NCBI GenBank assembly: GCA_002067325.1
Contig: MVQY01000037.1
Span: 3,343 to 67,342 of the forward strand
Source of the DNA: Methanobacterium sp. PtaU1.Bin097
Lineage (GTDB): Archaea > Methanobacteriota > Methanobacteria > Methanobacteriales > Methanobacteriaceae
Direction of reading: 5' to 3'
DNA: 64,000 nt
The position numbers and the translations under genes were made by a program. Position 1 is the stretch's first letter; each line of letters starts with the position of its first letter. The notes beneath the pieces were generated by a model. That model saw only the letters and a list, made by a program, of their open reading frames with translations. It searched no databases and had not been told where the DNA came from. Below, in pieces: positions 18,465-29,513 of this stretch.

Positions 18465-19442
18465 ATGCTGACCACTGTAGTAGGAAGTTATCCTGTAGTT
18501 ATGGGGAAACCCGAATCCTTCATCGAGAAAATCAAGTCGACACTAGGAAGTTACGATCCATACCAGCGTGCTCTGGATGTGGCAGTCACCGATCAGGTAA
18601 ATGCTGGGGTAGACCTCATATCCGATGGACAGGTGAGGGAAGGCATGCTGCAGATATTCGCCAGTCACATTCCAGGAATGTCTGTGGATGATAATAAACC
18701 GGTTATTGAGGGAAAGATTAATCCAGCACCCTATTCCATTGGAACATCGGATATTAAATCAGCCCTGAACACTGCCAAGAAGATCAACCCTGATTTTGGA
18801 AAGAATTTAGATCTATTCCATGGTAAGAATTTTAATGAAGGTTTTAAAGGGATCAAAGGGATTATAACCGGACCAACCACCTTAGCACTTTCCAGCCTCA
18901 TTGAAGGGTTCTACAGTAAAGATAAGAGGGAAGAGATAGTTGTTGATCTCGCCTGGGCCCTGAAGAAGGAAGCAGGATTTCTTCAGGATGCCGGGGCAGC
19001 CACCATCCAGATAGATGAACCGTATCTCTCCACTGGCATTGCAGATTTAAAGACGGCCCGAAAGGCGGTGGATATTATAACCCAAAATTTATCGATCCCA
19101 GTGACTATGCATGTTTGTGGGGAGTTGGTTGATGTTTGGGATGAACTTTTAAGGTTTAAAGTTGATATCCTTGATGGTGAATTCGCAGGCCAGCCGAAAA
19201 ACCTGCAAATACTCGAGGATACCAGTTTAAGGGGTAAAAAGCTGGGACTGGGCTGCGTGAACAACAAAACCGATGAAATCGAAAGCAAAGAGCAAGTTGC
19301 AGAAGTAATAAAGAAGGGTATAGAAAACCTTGGAAAAGAGAATATAATAGCTGACCCAGACTGTGGAATGCGTCTACGCTCGCGGGAAGCGGCTTATTCG
19401 AAACTAAAAGTTATGGTGGAGACGGTGAAATGGCTCTCTTAA
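18465..19442 (+). CDS. metE: cobalamin-independent methionine synthase catalytic-domain protein (core MetE, methylcobalamin:homocysteine methyltransferase type)
   Basis: 325 aa single UROD/MetE-like barrel. LTTVVGSYP start. Zn ligand motifs MHVCG and DPDCGM. Confidence 0.85.
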   Translation: MLTTVVGSYPVVMGKPESFIEKIKSTLGSYDPYQRALDVAVTDQVNAGVDLISDGQVREGMLQIFASHIPGMSVDDNKPVIEGKINPAPYSIGTSDIKSALNTAKKINPDFGKNLDLFHGKNFNEGFKGIKGIITGPTTLALSSLIEGFYSKDKREEIVVDLAWALKKEAGFLQDAGAATIQIDEPYLSTGIADLKTARKAVDIITQNLSIPVTMHVCGELVDVWDELLRFKVDILDGEFAGQPKNLQILEDTSLRGKKLGLGCVNNKTDEIESKEQVAEVIKKGIENLGKENIIADPDCGMRLRSREAAYSKLKVMVETVKWLS

Positions 19443-20092
19443 TTGAAGCAGATGAAATAGCAGACGGATGGGAAGAACTGGTTAGAAAGATAATGAAGGA
19501 AGGAAAGGAGATAGAGGATGAAAGGGGTTCTTTAACCAAGGAACTCCTGAATATATTGGTCCATGTTAAAAAGCCCCTGGGTAAAAATGCGGACTATTAT
19601 CTGAGTAATATAGCGAGGCTAAAGAATATCCGGATACCAAAGGGATACTTCTGGAGTGGGGAGAAACTGGAGATTTATTCCCAGCAGTTTTTAAGCAAAG
19701 ATAGGCAGGGATTTGTCTACACCTATGGTAATAGACTCCGGGAACATTTCCAGGGAGTTGACCAGATACAGGAAGCTATAAACAGGCTTAGAAACTGTGA
19801 GGAATCCCGCCGGGCAATTTCAGTAACCTGGGATCCGGTGATGGACACAGAGAATGATGAGGTACCCTGTATGATGCTGGTCGACCTGAAGATCCGTGAT
19901 GGTAAACTCAACGTCACCGGTCTCTGGCGTTCACATGACATCTATGGGGCCTGGTTCCCCAACGCCGTTGGCCTTGCCAATTTAGCCCAGTACGCTGCAG
20001 GAGAACTGGGCGTGCAGGTGGGAACCCTTACCATACACTCCATCAGCGCCCACATCTATGAAGTTAACTTCGATGAGGCAAACAGGTTTTAA
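19430..20092 (+). CDS. thyA: archaeal short-form thymidylate synthase (ThyA-like)
   Basis: 220 aa. RRAISVTWDP and catalytic EVPCMMLVD Cys motif. Overlaps metE by 13 nt. Confidence 0.85.
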   Translation: MALLIEADEIADGWEELVRKIMKEGKEIEDERGSLTKELLNILVHVKKPLGKNADYYLSNIARLKNIRIPKGYFWSGEKLEIYSQQFLSKDRQGFVYTYGNRLREHFQGVDQIQEAINRLRNCEESRRAISVTWDPVMDTENDEVPCMMLVDLKIRDGKLNVTGLWRSHDIYGAWFPNAVGLANLAQYAAGELGVQVGTLTIHSISAHIYEVNFDEANRF

Positions 20093-20279
20093 TTTTCTAT
20101 TTTAAGCCAATTTTAAGGTAAAGCAGGGTTTGATTTTTTATTTTTTATCCTTAAAAATTAAATAAAAAAACTTAAAACCAGTGGAGATTTAAAAAGAGAA
20201 ATGGAAAATGAATTTTTAAATTCAAAGATGAAATGATTTCAAAAGATGAAATATAATTTTAGATTTATGAGGTGTAAGA

Positions 20280-21242
20280 ATGGTAAGTGTCAATGTGGAA
20301 GCGAAAAAAACCGTGGATTTAATGATTAAAAAGGCAGACGAACTCAACATAGCTGTGGATGTCTTAAGCAACGGATCAACCGTGATAGATGCGGGTGTAA
20401 ACGTATCAGGAAGCTTTAAAGCAGGGGAACTTTACACCAAGGTATGTTTAGGTGGGCTGGCCGATGTGGGAATCTCCATCCCTGGAGACCTATCAGAGAA
20501 ATTCGCCCTGCCATCGGTGAAGATCAAAACAGACTTCCCATCCATATCCACCCTGGGTTCCCAGAAAGCAGGATGGTCAGTAAGTGTGGGAGACTTCTTT
20601 GCACTGGGAAGTGGACCAGCACGTGCCCTGGCACTTAAACCCGCAGAAACCTATGAAGAGATAGGATACAAGGACGATGCAGACATAGCCATACTGACCC
20701 TGGAAGCAGACCAGCTACCCGGAACCGATGTAACAGAAGCCATAGCTAAAGACAGCGGAGTGTCACCAGAAAACGTCTATGTACTGGCAGCACCTACATC
20801 ATCCCTGGTAGGCTCTATACAGATATCCGGAAGGGTAGTGGAAAATGGAACCTATAAGATGCTGGAATTCCTCCACTTCGATGTGAATAAGGTAAAACAC
20901 GCAGCCGGAATAGCACCCATCGCACCAGTAGACCCAGACGGACTTAAAGCCATGGGAAAAACCAACGACGCAGTACTATTCGGTGGAAGAACCTACTACT
21001 ATGTGGAATCTGAGGAAGGAGACGACATAAAATCGGTGGCTGAAAAGCTGCCATCATCAGCCTCTGATGGCTATGGCAAACCATTCTTCGACGTCTTCAA
21101 GGAAGCAGAGTTCGATTTCTACAAGATAGACAAAGGCATGTTCGCCCCTGCTGAAGTGGTGATAAACGACTTACGCACTGGGGAAATATTCAAAGCAGGA
21201 TACGTAAACAGCGAACTCCTCCAGAAGTCCTTTGGATTATAA
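20280..21242 (+). CDS. mch: methenyltetrahydromethanopterin cyclohydrolase
   Basis: 320 aa. Full-length resemblance to Mch (VSVN...AGELYTKVCLGGLADV...GSGPARAL...). Confidence 0.92.
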   Translation: MVSVNVEAKKTVDLMIKKADELNIAVDVLSNGSTVIDAGVNVSGSFKAGELYTKVCLGGLADVGISIPGDLSEKFALPSVKIKTDFPSISTLGSQKAGWSVSVGDFFALGSGPARALALKPAETYEEIGYKDDADIAILTLEADQLPGTDVTEAIAKDSGVSPENVYVLAAPTSSLVGSIQISGRVVENGTYKMLEFLHFDVNKVKHAAGIAPIAPVDPDGLKAMGKTNDAVLFGGRTYYYVESEEGDDIKSVAEKLPSSASDGYGKPFFDVFKEAEFDFYKIDKGMFAPAEVVINDLRTGEIFKAGYVNSELLQKSFGL

Positions 21243-21316
21243 AACCCTTAGAACCACTTGAATTATTTAATAAATTTTTAATTTTTTTCCTTGATTTTAA
21301 TGTAATTTGGGGATAG

Positions 21317-21778
<462 letters not shown>

Positions 21779-21869
21779 ATAAATTATTTTTTCTATTTTT
21801 AAGTTTAAGATAGATTAATTACCGCCTATCTACATAATATAACAGTGAGGATAATAAAGGGGTGATATC

Positions 21870-22190
21870 ATGAAGGAAGAGGTATTTTACAGCACAGGAA
21901 TGAAGAAGATTAAAGAGGACTACCCGGATCTTTACCAGGCAAGTGTGGATTTAAACGAAGCAGCTTACACTGGAAAGGTCCTTGACTATAAAACTCAGAA
22001 GCTGATAGCCCTGGGTATAACCGCAGCGAATTCTGATGATAGGGCTACTAAAAAACAGATACTCAGTAACATGCAGGAATTCGGAGCGACCAAAGACGAA
22101 ATAATGGATGTCCTGAGGGTGGTCCTGCTGATTGCAGGTAAACCAGCCTTTATGAAGGCGGTTAATATCCTGTATAAAATTGAAAAATAG
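21870..22190 (+). CDS. carboxymuconolactone decarboxylase (AhpD-like) family protein
   Basis: 106 aa all-helical. LDYKTQKLIALGITAA motif is typical of the CMD family. Confidence 0.75.
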   Translation: MKEEVFYSTGMKKIKEDYPDLYQASVDLNEAAYTGKVLDYKTQKLIALGITAANSDDRATKKQILSNMQEFGATKDEIMDVLRVVLLIAGKPAFMKAVNILYKIEK

Positions 22191-22399
22191 TTTTTAACTT
22201 TTTTTAAGTCTTTCTTTTTTTTTAGAAGTATTCTTTTTTTTAAAAAATTTTTTTTTAGATCAGGCAATTTTTGATTGGGGCCCATATATTTTATCTGGTA
22301 CTCTATTATATTATATTTAAATCCATTATCTAAAACCTAGTATATTTACCTGAAATTCTCCACGGCAGCGAAAATGGGAGGATATTAATTTTTTAATGT

Positions 22400-22466
22400 G
22401 GTAATAAACTAAAGGGACAGTTTCAAATTGGATAATAAACTAAGGGGACAGTGAAATACAGTGAAA
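22400..22466. repeat. nested direct repeats upstream of and overlapping the MATE start codon
   Basis: GGTAATAAACTAAAGGGACAGT (22400-22421) and GGATAATAAACTAAGGGGACAGT (22430-22452), period 30. Also ACAGTGAAA x2 (22448-22456, 22458-22466) spanning the GTG start. Confidence 0.8.
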
Positions 22467-23897
22467 AATGATAAGTCATCATCAGAATCTGATCATACAT
22501 CTTCTGAGTTTCATGAACTGGAAGGGAGAACAGAAGGAGTCAACCTGATTTTAGGAGACCCTAAAAAGGCGGTTATCAAACTTTCCGGACCGATGATCAT
22601 TGCCATGATTCTTCAAACCACTTATAACCTTGTTAACGCTATCTGGGTTGCTGGTCTTGGGGGAGAAGCCCTGGCTGCTGTAGGGTTTGTCACACCACTT
22701 TTTATGATAATGGTGGGTCTAAGTAACGGTCTGGGTGCTGGTGCCGCTTCATCTGTAGCGCGTTTTATCGGTGCCGGTGATAAAAGAAGTGCCAACAACG
22801 CCGCCATTCATTCCCTGCTAATTACCATCGTGATTTCAGTTATCATTACCTTTCTACTTTTGATATTCCTGGAACCTATTCTGATTTTCTTAGGAGCAGG
22901 AAGCACCCTGGATCTGGCGGTGCAATTCGGTAGGGTGACCTTCGCCGGTACCATCTTCATGTTATTTACAGGTGCGGCCTATGGTATTCTTCGAGCAGAG
23001 GGGGATACTAAAAGAACCATGTATGCCATGGTGGTTTCATCGGTTTTAAACATGGTATTAGACCCTATACTTATATATTCAGCGGGCTTAGGAATTTCCG
23101 GAGCGGCATATGGTACGGTGATATCCATGGCCATGGTGTCCCTGGTAATTCTATACTGGTTCTTCCTGAAGAAGGACACCTACGTATCATTCTCACTTAA
23201 AGACTTCTTGCCTGATTTTAAAGTGGTTAAAGATGTTCTGTCTGTAGGATTGCCTGCCAGTGCGGAATTTCTTATAATTTCCATAAACGTTGGTATCCTT
23301 AATGGATTACTGGTTTTAGTTGCCGGGACAGATGCAGTTGCAGTCTATTCTGCAGGATGGAGAGTGGTTATGATGGCAATACTGCCAATAGTAGCCATTG
23401 GAACGTCCGTTATTACCGTTGCCGGGGTCTCATTCGGATCCAGAAAATTTGAAAACCTTTCTATCACCCATAACTACTCTGTAAAAATAGGATCTCTTAC
23501 AGCTTTAATATTGGCTATTTTAACCTTCATATTAGCCCCTTATATGGCGATGTTATTTGCTTACACCCCACAGAGTGCTTATTTAGCACCGACCATTGCT
23601 GCTTTCCTTCAGGTGATGTGTTTCTTCTATATCTTCATGCCTCCGGGGGTTATGTCTGGTTCTATTTTCCAGGGAACAGGTAAGGGAATGTCTTCATTGA
23701 CCCTGGCCGTACTTAGAAACATGATACTGGTGATCATCTTCGCGTATATTCTGGCCATACCCCTTAATATGGGCGAAAGGGGAGTTTGGTGGGGTATTGT
23801 AGCGGGAGATATTGTGGGAGGTATAGTTGCCTATGTCTGGGCGCGTTTCTATATAAGAAGACTCCAGGACACCTATAAAGGGGAAGTTCTCTCCTAA
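22461..23897 (+). CDS. MATE family efflux transporter
   Basis: 478 aa, 12 TM. N-terminal LSGPMIIAMILQTTYNLVNAIWVAGLG is typical of MatE repeats. GTG start is uncertain. Confidence 0.85.
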   Translation: MKNDKSSSESDHTSSEFHELEGRTEGVNLILGDPKKAVIKLSGPMIIAMILQTTYNLVNAIWVAGLGGEALAAVGFVTPLFMIMVGLSNGLGAGAASSVARFIGAGDKRSANNAAIHSLLITIVISVIITFLLLIFLEPILIFLGAGSTLDLAVQFGRVTFAGTIFMLFTGAAYGILRAEGDTKRTMYAMVVSSVLNMVLDPILIYSAGLGISGAAYGTVISMAMVSLVILYWFFLKKDTYVSFSLKDFLPDFKVVKDVLSVGLPASAEFLIISINVGILNGLLVLVAGTDAVAVYSAGWRVVMMAILPIVAIGTSVITVAGVSFGSRKFENLSITHNYSVKIGSLTALILAILTFILAPYMAMLFAYTPQSAYLAPTIAAFLQVMCFFYIFMPPGVMSGSIFQGTGKGMSSLTLAVLRNMILVIIFAYILAIPLNMGERGVWWGIVAGDIVGGIVAYVWARFYIRRLQDTYKGEVLS

Positions 23898-24110
23898 GTT
23901 GAATAAAATCAGGTTTCTTCCATTATGAAATCAGTTACCTTTCATATGGTATTCACCGGTTCAAACTTATGTAACTCCTGTCAGGGCCCAAAACCTTTTT
24001 AAGGTGTTATGACCAACAATTGGTTACTGTAAATTTAAAGTATAACCTACTTTTTTTAGGGACACAGTCCCATGGATGTGGCGAAAGCTGAACGAAAAGA
24101 GGTGTTTTAA

Positions 24111-24656
24111 TTGTATAAATATATTAGACAAGCTTGGAAAAATACTGACGACTCCTATATCAAGGAGTTAATGCAGAAGAGAGCTCCTGAGTGGAGAAAA
24201 GAAAACGTAATTACGAGAATTGACCGACCCACCCGACTTGACCGGGCCAGATCCTTAGGCTACAAAGCAAAAAAAGGATATGTACTTGTGAGGACCCGTG
24301 TCCGTAGGGGTGGAAGGAGAAAAACCCGATTCAAAGCAGGTAGAAGGCCTAAAAGAATGGGTGTAACTAAGATCACCCCCCAAAAATCCATAAAGAGGAT
24401 AGCTGAGGAGAGAGTGGCCAGGAAATACCCCAATTTAGAGGTTTTAAATTCTTACTGGGTATGGGAAGATGGGAAATTCAAGTTCTATGAAGTTATTCTG
24501 GTAGACCCAAACCACCCATCCATTAAAAATGACTCAAACATCAACTGGATAGGGGAAAAACAGCACACCAACCGGGTTTTCAGAGGCCTTACCAGTGAAG
24601 GTCAAAAGACCAGAGGCCTTCGAAATAAAGGTAAAGGAGCTGAGAAGGTCCGGTAA
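24111..24656 (+). CDS. rpl15e: 50S ribosomal protein L15e
   Basis: YKYIRQAWK...[15 protein letters not shown] signature. TTG start with GAGGTG RBS. Confidence 0.92.
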   Translation: MYKYIRQAWKNTDDSYIKELMQKRAPEWRKENVITRIDRPTRLDRARSLGYKAKKGYVLVRTRVRRGGRRKTRFKAGRRPKRMGVTKITPQKSIKRIAEERVARKYPNLEVLNSYWVWEDGKFKFYEVILVDPNHPSIKNDSNINWIGEKQHTNRVFRGLTSEGQKTRGLRNKGKGAEKVR

Positions 24657-24659
24657 ATA

Positions 24660-25073
24660 ATGATCCATAACATCTCTTATCGAACCTTTGTTTATGGAAC
24701 AGAAAACGAGGAAAAAGTGAAAACAGCAGTTAAAACTCTTTTTCCCAACTCCTCACCCCAAAAGGAATACACTGAAGGCTACTGGAAAAATCCAGTACTA
24801 ATTTTGCACGATAAAATCGAAAAAAAGAAGGAGATCAGAGATTTTATCGGTACACTCCAAGATACATCTACTGCAGATAAAATCCGGAAGGATCTAGATA
24901 GGAAGATGGATGATAAAGGCAACTTATTTCTCCGTTTTGATAAACAAAGGGCCTATCTTGATGAACTAGAGATAGTGGAACATGGTGACTCCATCCATGT
25001 TAAGATCAAAATCGCAGCATACCCGGCCCGAAAAGAAGTTGCCATGAAACTTGCCAGGCAAATTTGGGGGTGA
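24660..25073 (+). CDS. predicted RNA-binding protein of the exosome superoperon (UPF0201/COG1931-like)
   Basis: 137 aa. Position between rpl15e and RNase P subunit genes matches the conserved archaeal superoperon. No catalytic motifs. Confidence 0.6.
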   Translation: MIHNISYRTFVYGTENEEKVKTAVKTLFPNSSPQKEYTEGYWKNPVLILHDKIEKKKEIRDFIGTLQDTSTADKIRKDLDRKMDDKGNLFLRFDKQRAYLDELEIVEHGDSIHVKIKIAAYPARKEVAMKLARQIWG

Positions 25074-25075
25074 AG

Positions 25076-25804
25076 ATGATTTTATTTTTTGATTTCCATG
25101 TAAAAGATGATCCTGAACTGGTTAAAGAAGCTGATAGATTAGGGTATGCTGGTTTAACACTGTTTTCGAATGGAAATGGGAATAATTCTAATGGAAATGA
25201 GAATAAAGTTGAAGTTGCAAGTGGAGAAACAACAAACCAGGAAAATTCCATTAAGAAAGAAAATCCTATCAAAACTTATAAAGGAGTCTTCATTTCCGCG
25301 AAAAACCCAGAAAACATGAGGCAGAAGGTTAAAAAGTCCAGGAAAAATGCCGATGTTATCATGGTGCGTGGTGGTGACCAGAAGATAAACAGAGCGGCCT
25401 GTGAAGATCCTCAGGTAGATATACTATCAGCACCCTACCTAAAACGGAGAGACTGTGGCATCAACCATGTTATGGCCAAAAAAGCCGCCCTTAACGAAGT
25501 GGCAGTTGAATTAAACATTAAATATCTGATTAAAACTAATTCTTATCTACATTACAAGGTATTATCTCATTTTAGGGAGATAATTAAATTGAAAAGGAAA
25601 TATGGCTTTCCCCTCATCATCACCAGCGATGCAGAGTCCATCTACGACCTGCACATACCCCAGGATCTAATTGCCTTATCGGGATGTTTTGGAATGGATC
25701 GGGAAGAAGCAGAAGCTGCACTTTCTGAAACTCCACAGAAAATAATTGAAAGGAGTGAAACTAGAGATAAAGTCGTTGTAGACGGAGTTAAGATTATCGA
25801 GTAG
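25076..25804 (+). CDS. rnp3: RNase P protein component 3 (Rpp30 homolog)
   Basis: TIM-barrel PHP-like pattern (FFDFHV...VIMVRGGD...DILSAP...GINHVMAK...PLIITSDA). Start is ambiguous (TTG 25064, GTG 25070, ATG 25076). Contains an Asn/Gly-rich insertion. Confidence 0.8.
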   Translation: MILFFDFHVKDDPELVKEADRLGYAGLTLFSNGNGNNSNGNENKVEVASGETTNQENSIKKENPIKTYKGVFISAKNPENMRQKVKKSRKNADVIMVRGGDQKINRAACEDPQVDILSAPYLKRRDCGINHVMAKKAALNEVAVELNIKYLIKTNSYLHYKVLSHFREIIKLKRKYGFPLIITSDAESIYDLHIPQDLIALSGCFGMDREEAEAALSETPQKIIERSETRDKVVVDGVKIIE

Positions 25805-25868
25805 GATTATTGACATTATAGGAGTAGAAATATCATAAAGTAAGATTGCCGATTTTACCGTGGTTTAA

Positions 25869-26249
25869 ATGAAGCTTAAAATATTACCCCCGCATCTCAG
25901 GAACAAGAAAAGATACCTGGCATTTGAAGTCCGGTCGCAAAATCCCCTCACCCGTGATGAAGTAATATCACTCATATGGGGGGCTGCAGGAGGTTTATAC
26001 GGCTCCTGTGGTGTCAGCCGCTTTGATCTGTGGGTGGTTAAGGTATGGAAATGTAATTCATCCGGGCAGAATATTACTAAGGGAATTCTCCGCTGCAGGA
26101 GGGAGGAGGTCGACAGGGTAAGATCGGTTTTTCCAGTTATAAATCGTTTTAAAGGTAAAAGAGTAGTATTCCATACATTAGGTGTTTCTGGGACAATTAA
26201 ATCAGCGAGACGTAAATTTATTAAAGAGGGTTCACAAAGTTTATTTTAA
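25869..26249 (+). CDS. rnp2: RNase P protein component 2 (Pop5 homolog)
   Basis: 126 aa. LPPHLRNKKRYLAFEV start is typical of archaeal Pop5. Superoperon position. Confidence 0.8.
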   Translation: MKLKILPPHLRNKKRYLAFEVRSQNPLTRDEVISLIWGAAGGLYGSCGVSRFDLWVVKVWKCNSSGQNITKGILRCRREEVDRVRSVFPVINRFKGKRVVFHTLGVSGTIKSARRKFIKEGSQSLF

Positions 26250-26414
26250 TTATTGATTAATTTTTAATTCGAATCTTTTTTATAGTAAAATTATTATAAG
26301 ATATTATTGTTATTTTCTTGATACTAAAAAATATCTGGTAATTAACTAAATCATAAAGAAAGGGTTTAAAGAGTACGTTCATTTCGTAATTAAAAAAAAT
26401 GAGAGGTATATTAT

Positions 26415-27173
26415 ATGCAACCGTTTCCAGCAGCAGGATATGATAAGGGTATATCCATATTTAGCCCCGATGGAAGGCTTTTCCAAGTTGAATATGCAAG
26501 AGAAGCCGTAAAGCGAGGTACAACTTCATTGGGCGTTAAATCAACGGAAGGAGTGGTGCTGGTGGTAGATAAAAGACCAACCAGCAAACTGGTAGAGCCC
26601 AAATCAATTGAAAAGATATTCAAGATCGATGAGCATATAGGCGCAGCAACGTCAGGTCTGGTGGCAGATGCCAGAAACTTAATCGAGAAGGCCAGGATGG
26701 AATCCCAGATCAACAGAATAACCTATAACGAGCCCATACGTGTAGAAGCACTGGCCAAGAAGATATGTGACCTGAAACAGATGTACACCCAGCACGGTGG
26801 GGTAAGGCCATTCGGTTCAGCCCTGATAATAGGCGGAGTAAACGATACTGGCTGCCGGTTATTTGAAACCGACCCCAGCGGGGCGCTGATAGAGTACAAG
26901 GCCACCGCTATAGGTTCAGGAAGGACCAATGCCATGGATGAATTTGAGAAAAAATATAGGGAAGACATGAACCTGGAAGAAGCCATGGAACTGGCACTCG
27001 ACGCTGTATATGAAGCAACTGAAGGAAAAACCACAGTAGAAAGCGTGGAGATAGCGGTAGTGGAAAGTGCCACCAAGAAATTCAGAAAACTAACCGATGA
27101 CGAGATAGCCGAACACGTTGAAGAATTACTTTTAAGAAAACCTAAAGAAACAGAAGGAGAAGAAGAGGAATAA
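26415..27173 (+). CDS. psmA: proteasome subunit alpha
   Basis: [24 protein letters not shown] alpha-subunit signature; acidic C-terminal tail. Confidence 0.95.
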   Translation: MQPFPAAGYDKGISIFSPDGRLFQVEYAREAVKRGTTSLGVKSTEGVVLVVDKRPTSKLVEPKSIEKIFKIDEHIGAATSGLVADARNLIEKARMESQINRITYNEPIRVEALAKKICDLKQMYTQHGGVRPFGSALIIGGVNDTGCRLFETDPSGALIEYKATAIGSGRTNAMDEFEKKYREDMNLEEAMELALDAVYEATEGKTTVESVEIAVVESATKKFRKLTDDEIAEHVEELLLRKPKETEGEEEE

Positions 27174-27177
27174 GATA

Positions 27178-27870
27178 ATGGTAACTCTTGAAGACGCAGT
27201 AATAGCCCGACTGGAATATTACGGCGAACACTTTGAAATTCTGGTAGACCCAGACCTGGCTGCTGATTTCAAGAGGGGTAAAGAGATAGAACTGGAAGAC
27301 ATACTGGCCGTGGAAGAGATATTCAAGGATGCTAAGAAAGGAGATAAAGCATCCGAAGAGGCCATGTTAAAGGCTTTTGAAACCACCGACCCAGCTGAAG
27401 TCGCTGCCTTTATAATAAAAAAAGGACAGGTGCAGTTAACTGCCCAGCAACGTAAAGAGATGCAGGAAGAAAAGAGGAAGATGATCGTAGCTACCATAAC
27501 CAGGGAAGCAATAAATCCTCAGACAAAACTTCCCCATCCAGCAAGAAGAATAGAAATAGCCATGGAAGAAGCTAAAATACACGTAGACCCATTTAAGAGC
27601 GTTGATGAGCAGGTTACAGAGACCTTAAAAGCCATCCGTACCAAGATACCCATCAAATTTGAAAAGGTCCAGGTAGCCATAAAGATACCGGGGGACGTCC
27701 AGGGGAAAGTGTACAGCATCATCCCCGAATTCGGGACCACTAAAAACGAGGAATGGCAGCGGGATGGTTCATGGATAGCTGTGGTGGAAATACCCGGCGG
27801 TATGCAGGACAACTTCTATCAAAGGTTGAACGAGTTAACCCACGGACAGTTAGAGACCAAACTATTATAA
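27178..27870 (+). CDS. ribosome maturation protein SDO1/SBDS homolog
   Basis: 230 aa. [23 protein letters not shown]-domain start. Superoperon position after psmA. Confidence 0.88.
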   Translation: MVTLEDAVIARLEYYGEHFEILVDPDLAADFKRGKEIELEDILAVEEIFKDAKKGDKASEEAMLKAFETTDPAEVAAFIIKKGQVQLTAQQRKEMQEEKRKMIVATITREAINPQTKLPHPARRIEIAMEEAKIHVDPFKSVDEQVTETLKAIRTKIPIKFEKVQVAIKIPGDVQGKVYSIIPEFGTTKNEEWQRDGSWIAVVEIPGGMQDNFYQRLNELTHGQLETKLL

Positions 27871-27991
27871 AAATTACCCATAAACCAATATCAAAATATT
27901 ATAATACATAACCAATGTTATTAATAACGATACCAAACAGAGTACTATAGGAGACTTATTCTTATTTTTTCTTAAAATAGGAGGATTTTCA

Positions 27992-28756
27992 GTGATATTT
28001 ATAGAAGATAAACAGATGGTAATACCAGGAGATGTGCTGGCAGACAAGGAGTACCAGTCAGGGAGAGGAACTTTCAAGGAGGATGATAAGATATGTTCCT
28101 CACTGGTGGGTCTGGTGGCCATAAGAGATAAAAAAATCAGCGTCATACCCCTGCAAAGTAAATACATCCCTAAAAGGGGAGACGTGGTAATTGGAGAAAT
28201 AACAGACATCAGATTTTCCATGTGGAATCTGGATATAAACTCACCTTATTCTGGAATTTTACCCGCATCAGATGTTTTTGGAAAGGAAAAAAGAGATTTA
28301 AACAAAGCATTTAACGTGGGAGATGTCTTATTTTTACGGGTAGTCGATGTCGACGAAGTAAAAAAGGTAAAATTAGGCCTTAAGGGACGGGGCCTGGGGA
28401 AATTCAGGGACGGAATACTCATCTACATAACCCCCACCAAAGTACCCCGACTGATCGGTAAAAAGGGATCCATGATCAACATGATCAAGGATGAGACCAA
28501 ATGTGAAGTGGTAGTGGGACAAAACGGAGTAGTATGGGTAAAAGGCGACCCCTCCATGGAGAGGGTGGCTGAGAAAGTCATAAACATGATCGAAGAACAG
28601 GCCCATACCTCAGGATTAACCGACCGGGTAAGGAACATGCTTTTCGAACTTCTGGGTAAAGAAATACCCGAAAAAGAGGAAAAACCAGAAGCAACCGAAG
28701 AAGCAACCGATGAAGAGGAAGAAGAGGAAGAAAACGGAGAAAATTTAATTCAATAG
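27992..28756 (+). CDS. rrp4: exosome complex RNA-binding protein Rrp4
   Basis: S1 domain ([11 protein letters not shown]...W.LDINSPY) followed by a KH domain ([11 protein letters not shown]). GTG start with GGAGG RBS. Acidic tail. Confidence 0.9.
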   Translation: MIFIEDKQMVIPGDVLADKEYQSGRGTFKEDDKICSSLVGLVAIRDKKISVIPLQSKYIPKRGDVVIGEITDIRFSMWNLDINSPYSGILPASDVFGKEKRDLNKAFNVGDVLFLRVVDVDEVKKVKLGLKGRGLGKFRDGILIYITPTKVPRLIGKKGSMINMIKDETKCEVVVGQNGVVWVKGDPSMERVAEKVINMIEEQAHTSGLTDRVRNMLFELLGKEIPEKEEKPEATEEATDEEEEEEENGENLIQ

Positions 28757-28784
28757 AATTGAATTAAAACAAAATTAAAGTAAG

Positions 28785-29513
28785 GTGATTACAATTATAA
28801 CCAATAAAATTTTAGGTAAAAATTCTACGTCCAGTAAAAGAGCCGATGGACGGGCTTCTGATGAATTAAGACCATTTAAAATTGAGGCAGGAGTTTTAGA
28901 GAGGGCAGATGGATCAGCCTATCTGGAACTGGGAGGTAATAAAGTTATCGTGGCAGTGTACGGTCCCCGGGAGCTGCACATAAGAAGATTGATGCAGCCA
29001 GACAGAGCAGTGCTCAGGTGTAGATACAACATGGCGCCCTTCTCTGTAGATGACCGGAAAAGACCAGGACCAGACCGTAGATCAGTGGAGATATCCAAGA
29101 TAACTTCAGAAGCACTGATGCCCGCAGTATTCCTGGAAAAATTCCCCAGATCAACCATCGACGTATTCATAGAAGTATTGGAAGCTGAGGGAGGAACTAG
29201 ATGTGCCGGTATAACTGCGGCATCCGTGGCATTAGCCGATGCAGGTGTCCCCATGCGTGACCTGGTAGTGGCCTGTGCCGCTGGAAAATCCGAGGGTGAA
29301 GTCGTACTGGACCTTTCAGAAGTTGAAGATAAAGATGGTGAAGCAGATGTACCAGTGGCCATCATGCCCCGTACAGGAGAGGTAACCCTGCTGCAGAGTG
29401 ATGGAAATTTAACACCTGAGGAATTCGGAAAAGCCCTGAATTTAGCCATAGAAGGGTGTATGAAATTATCCGAAGCACAGAAAGAAGCTATAATAAAGAG
29501 GTACGGTGATTAA
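28785..29513 (+). CDS. rrp41: exosome complex exonuclease Rrp41 (RNase PH domain)
   Basis: [45 protein letters not shown] RNase PH signature. Confidence 0.92.
   Translation: MITIITNKILGKNSTSSKRADGRASDELRPFKIEAGVLERADGSAYLELGGNKVIVAVYGPRELHIRRLMQPDRAVLRCRYNMAPFSVDDRKRPGPDRRSVEISKITSEALMPAVFLEKFPRSTIDVFIEVLEAEGGTRCAGITAASVALADAGVPMRDLVVACAAGKSEGEVVLDLSEVEDKDGEADVPVAIMPRTGEVTLLQSDGNLTPEEFGKALNLAIEGCMKLSEAQKEAIIKRYGD

Noticed and set aside
28919-29449. 176-aa antisense ORF within rrp41. Similar long antisense ORFs occur at 32609-33151, 57556-58044, 58360-58770, 51700-52131 and 12563-12961.
   Set aside because: All are embedded opposite genes with unambiguous family signatures. All have Ser/Pro/Thr-rich compositions characteristic of shadow frames.
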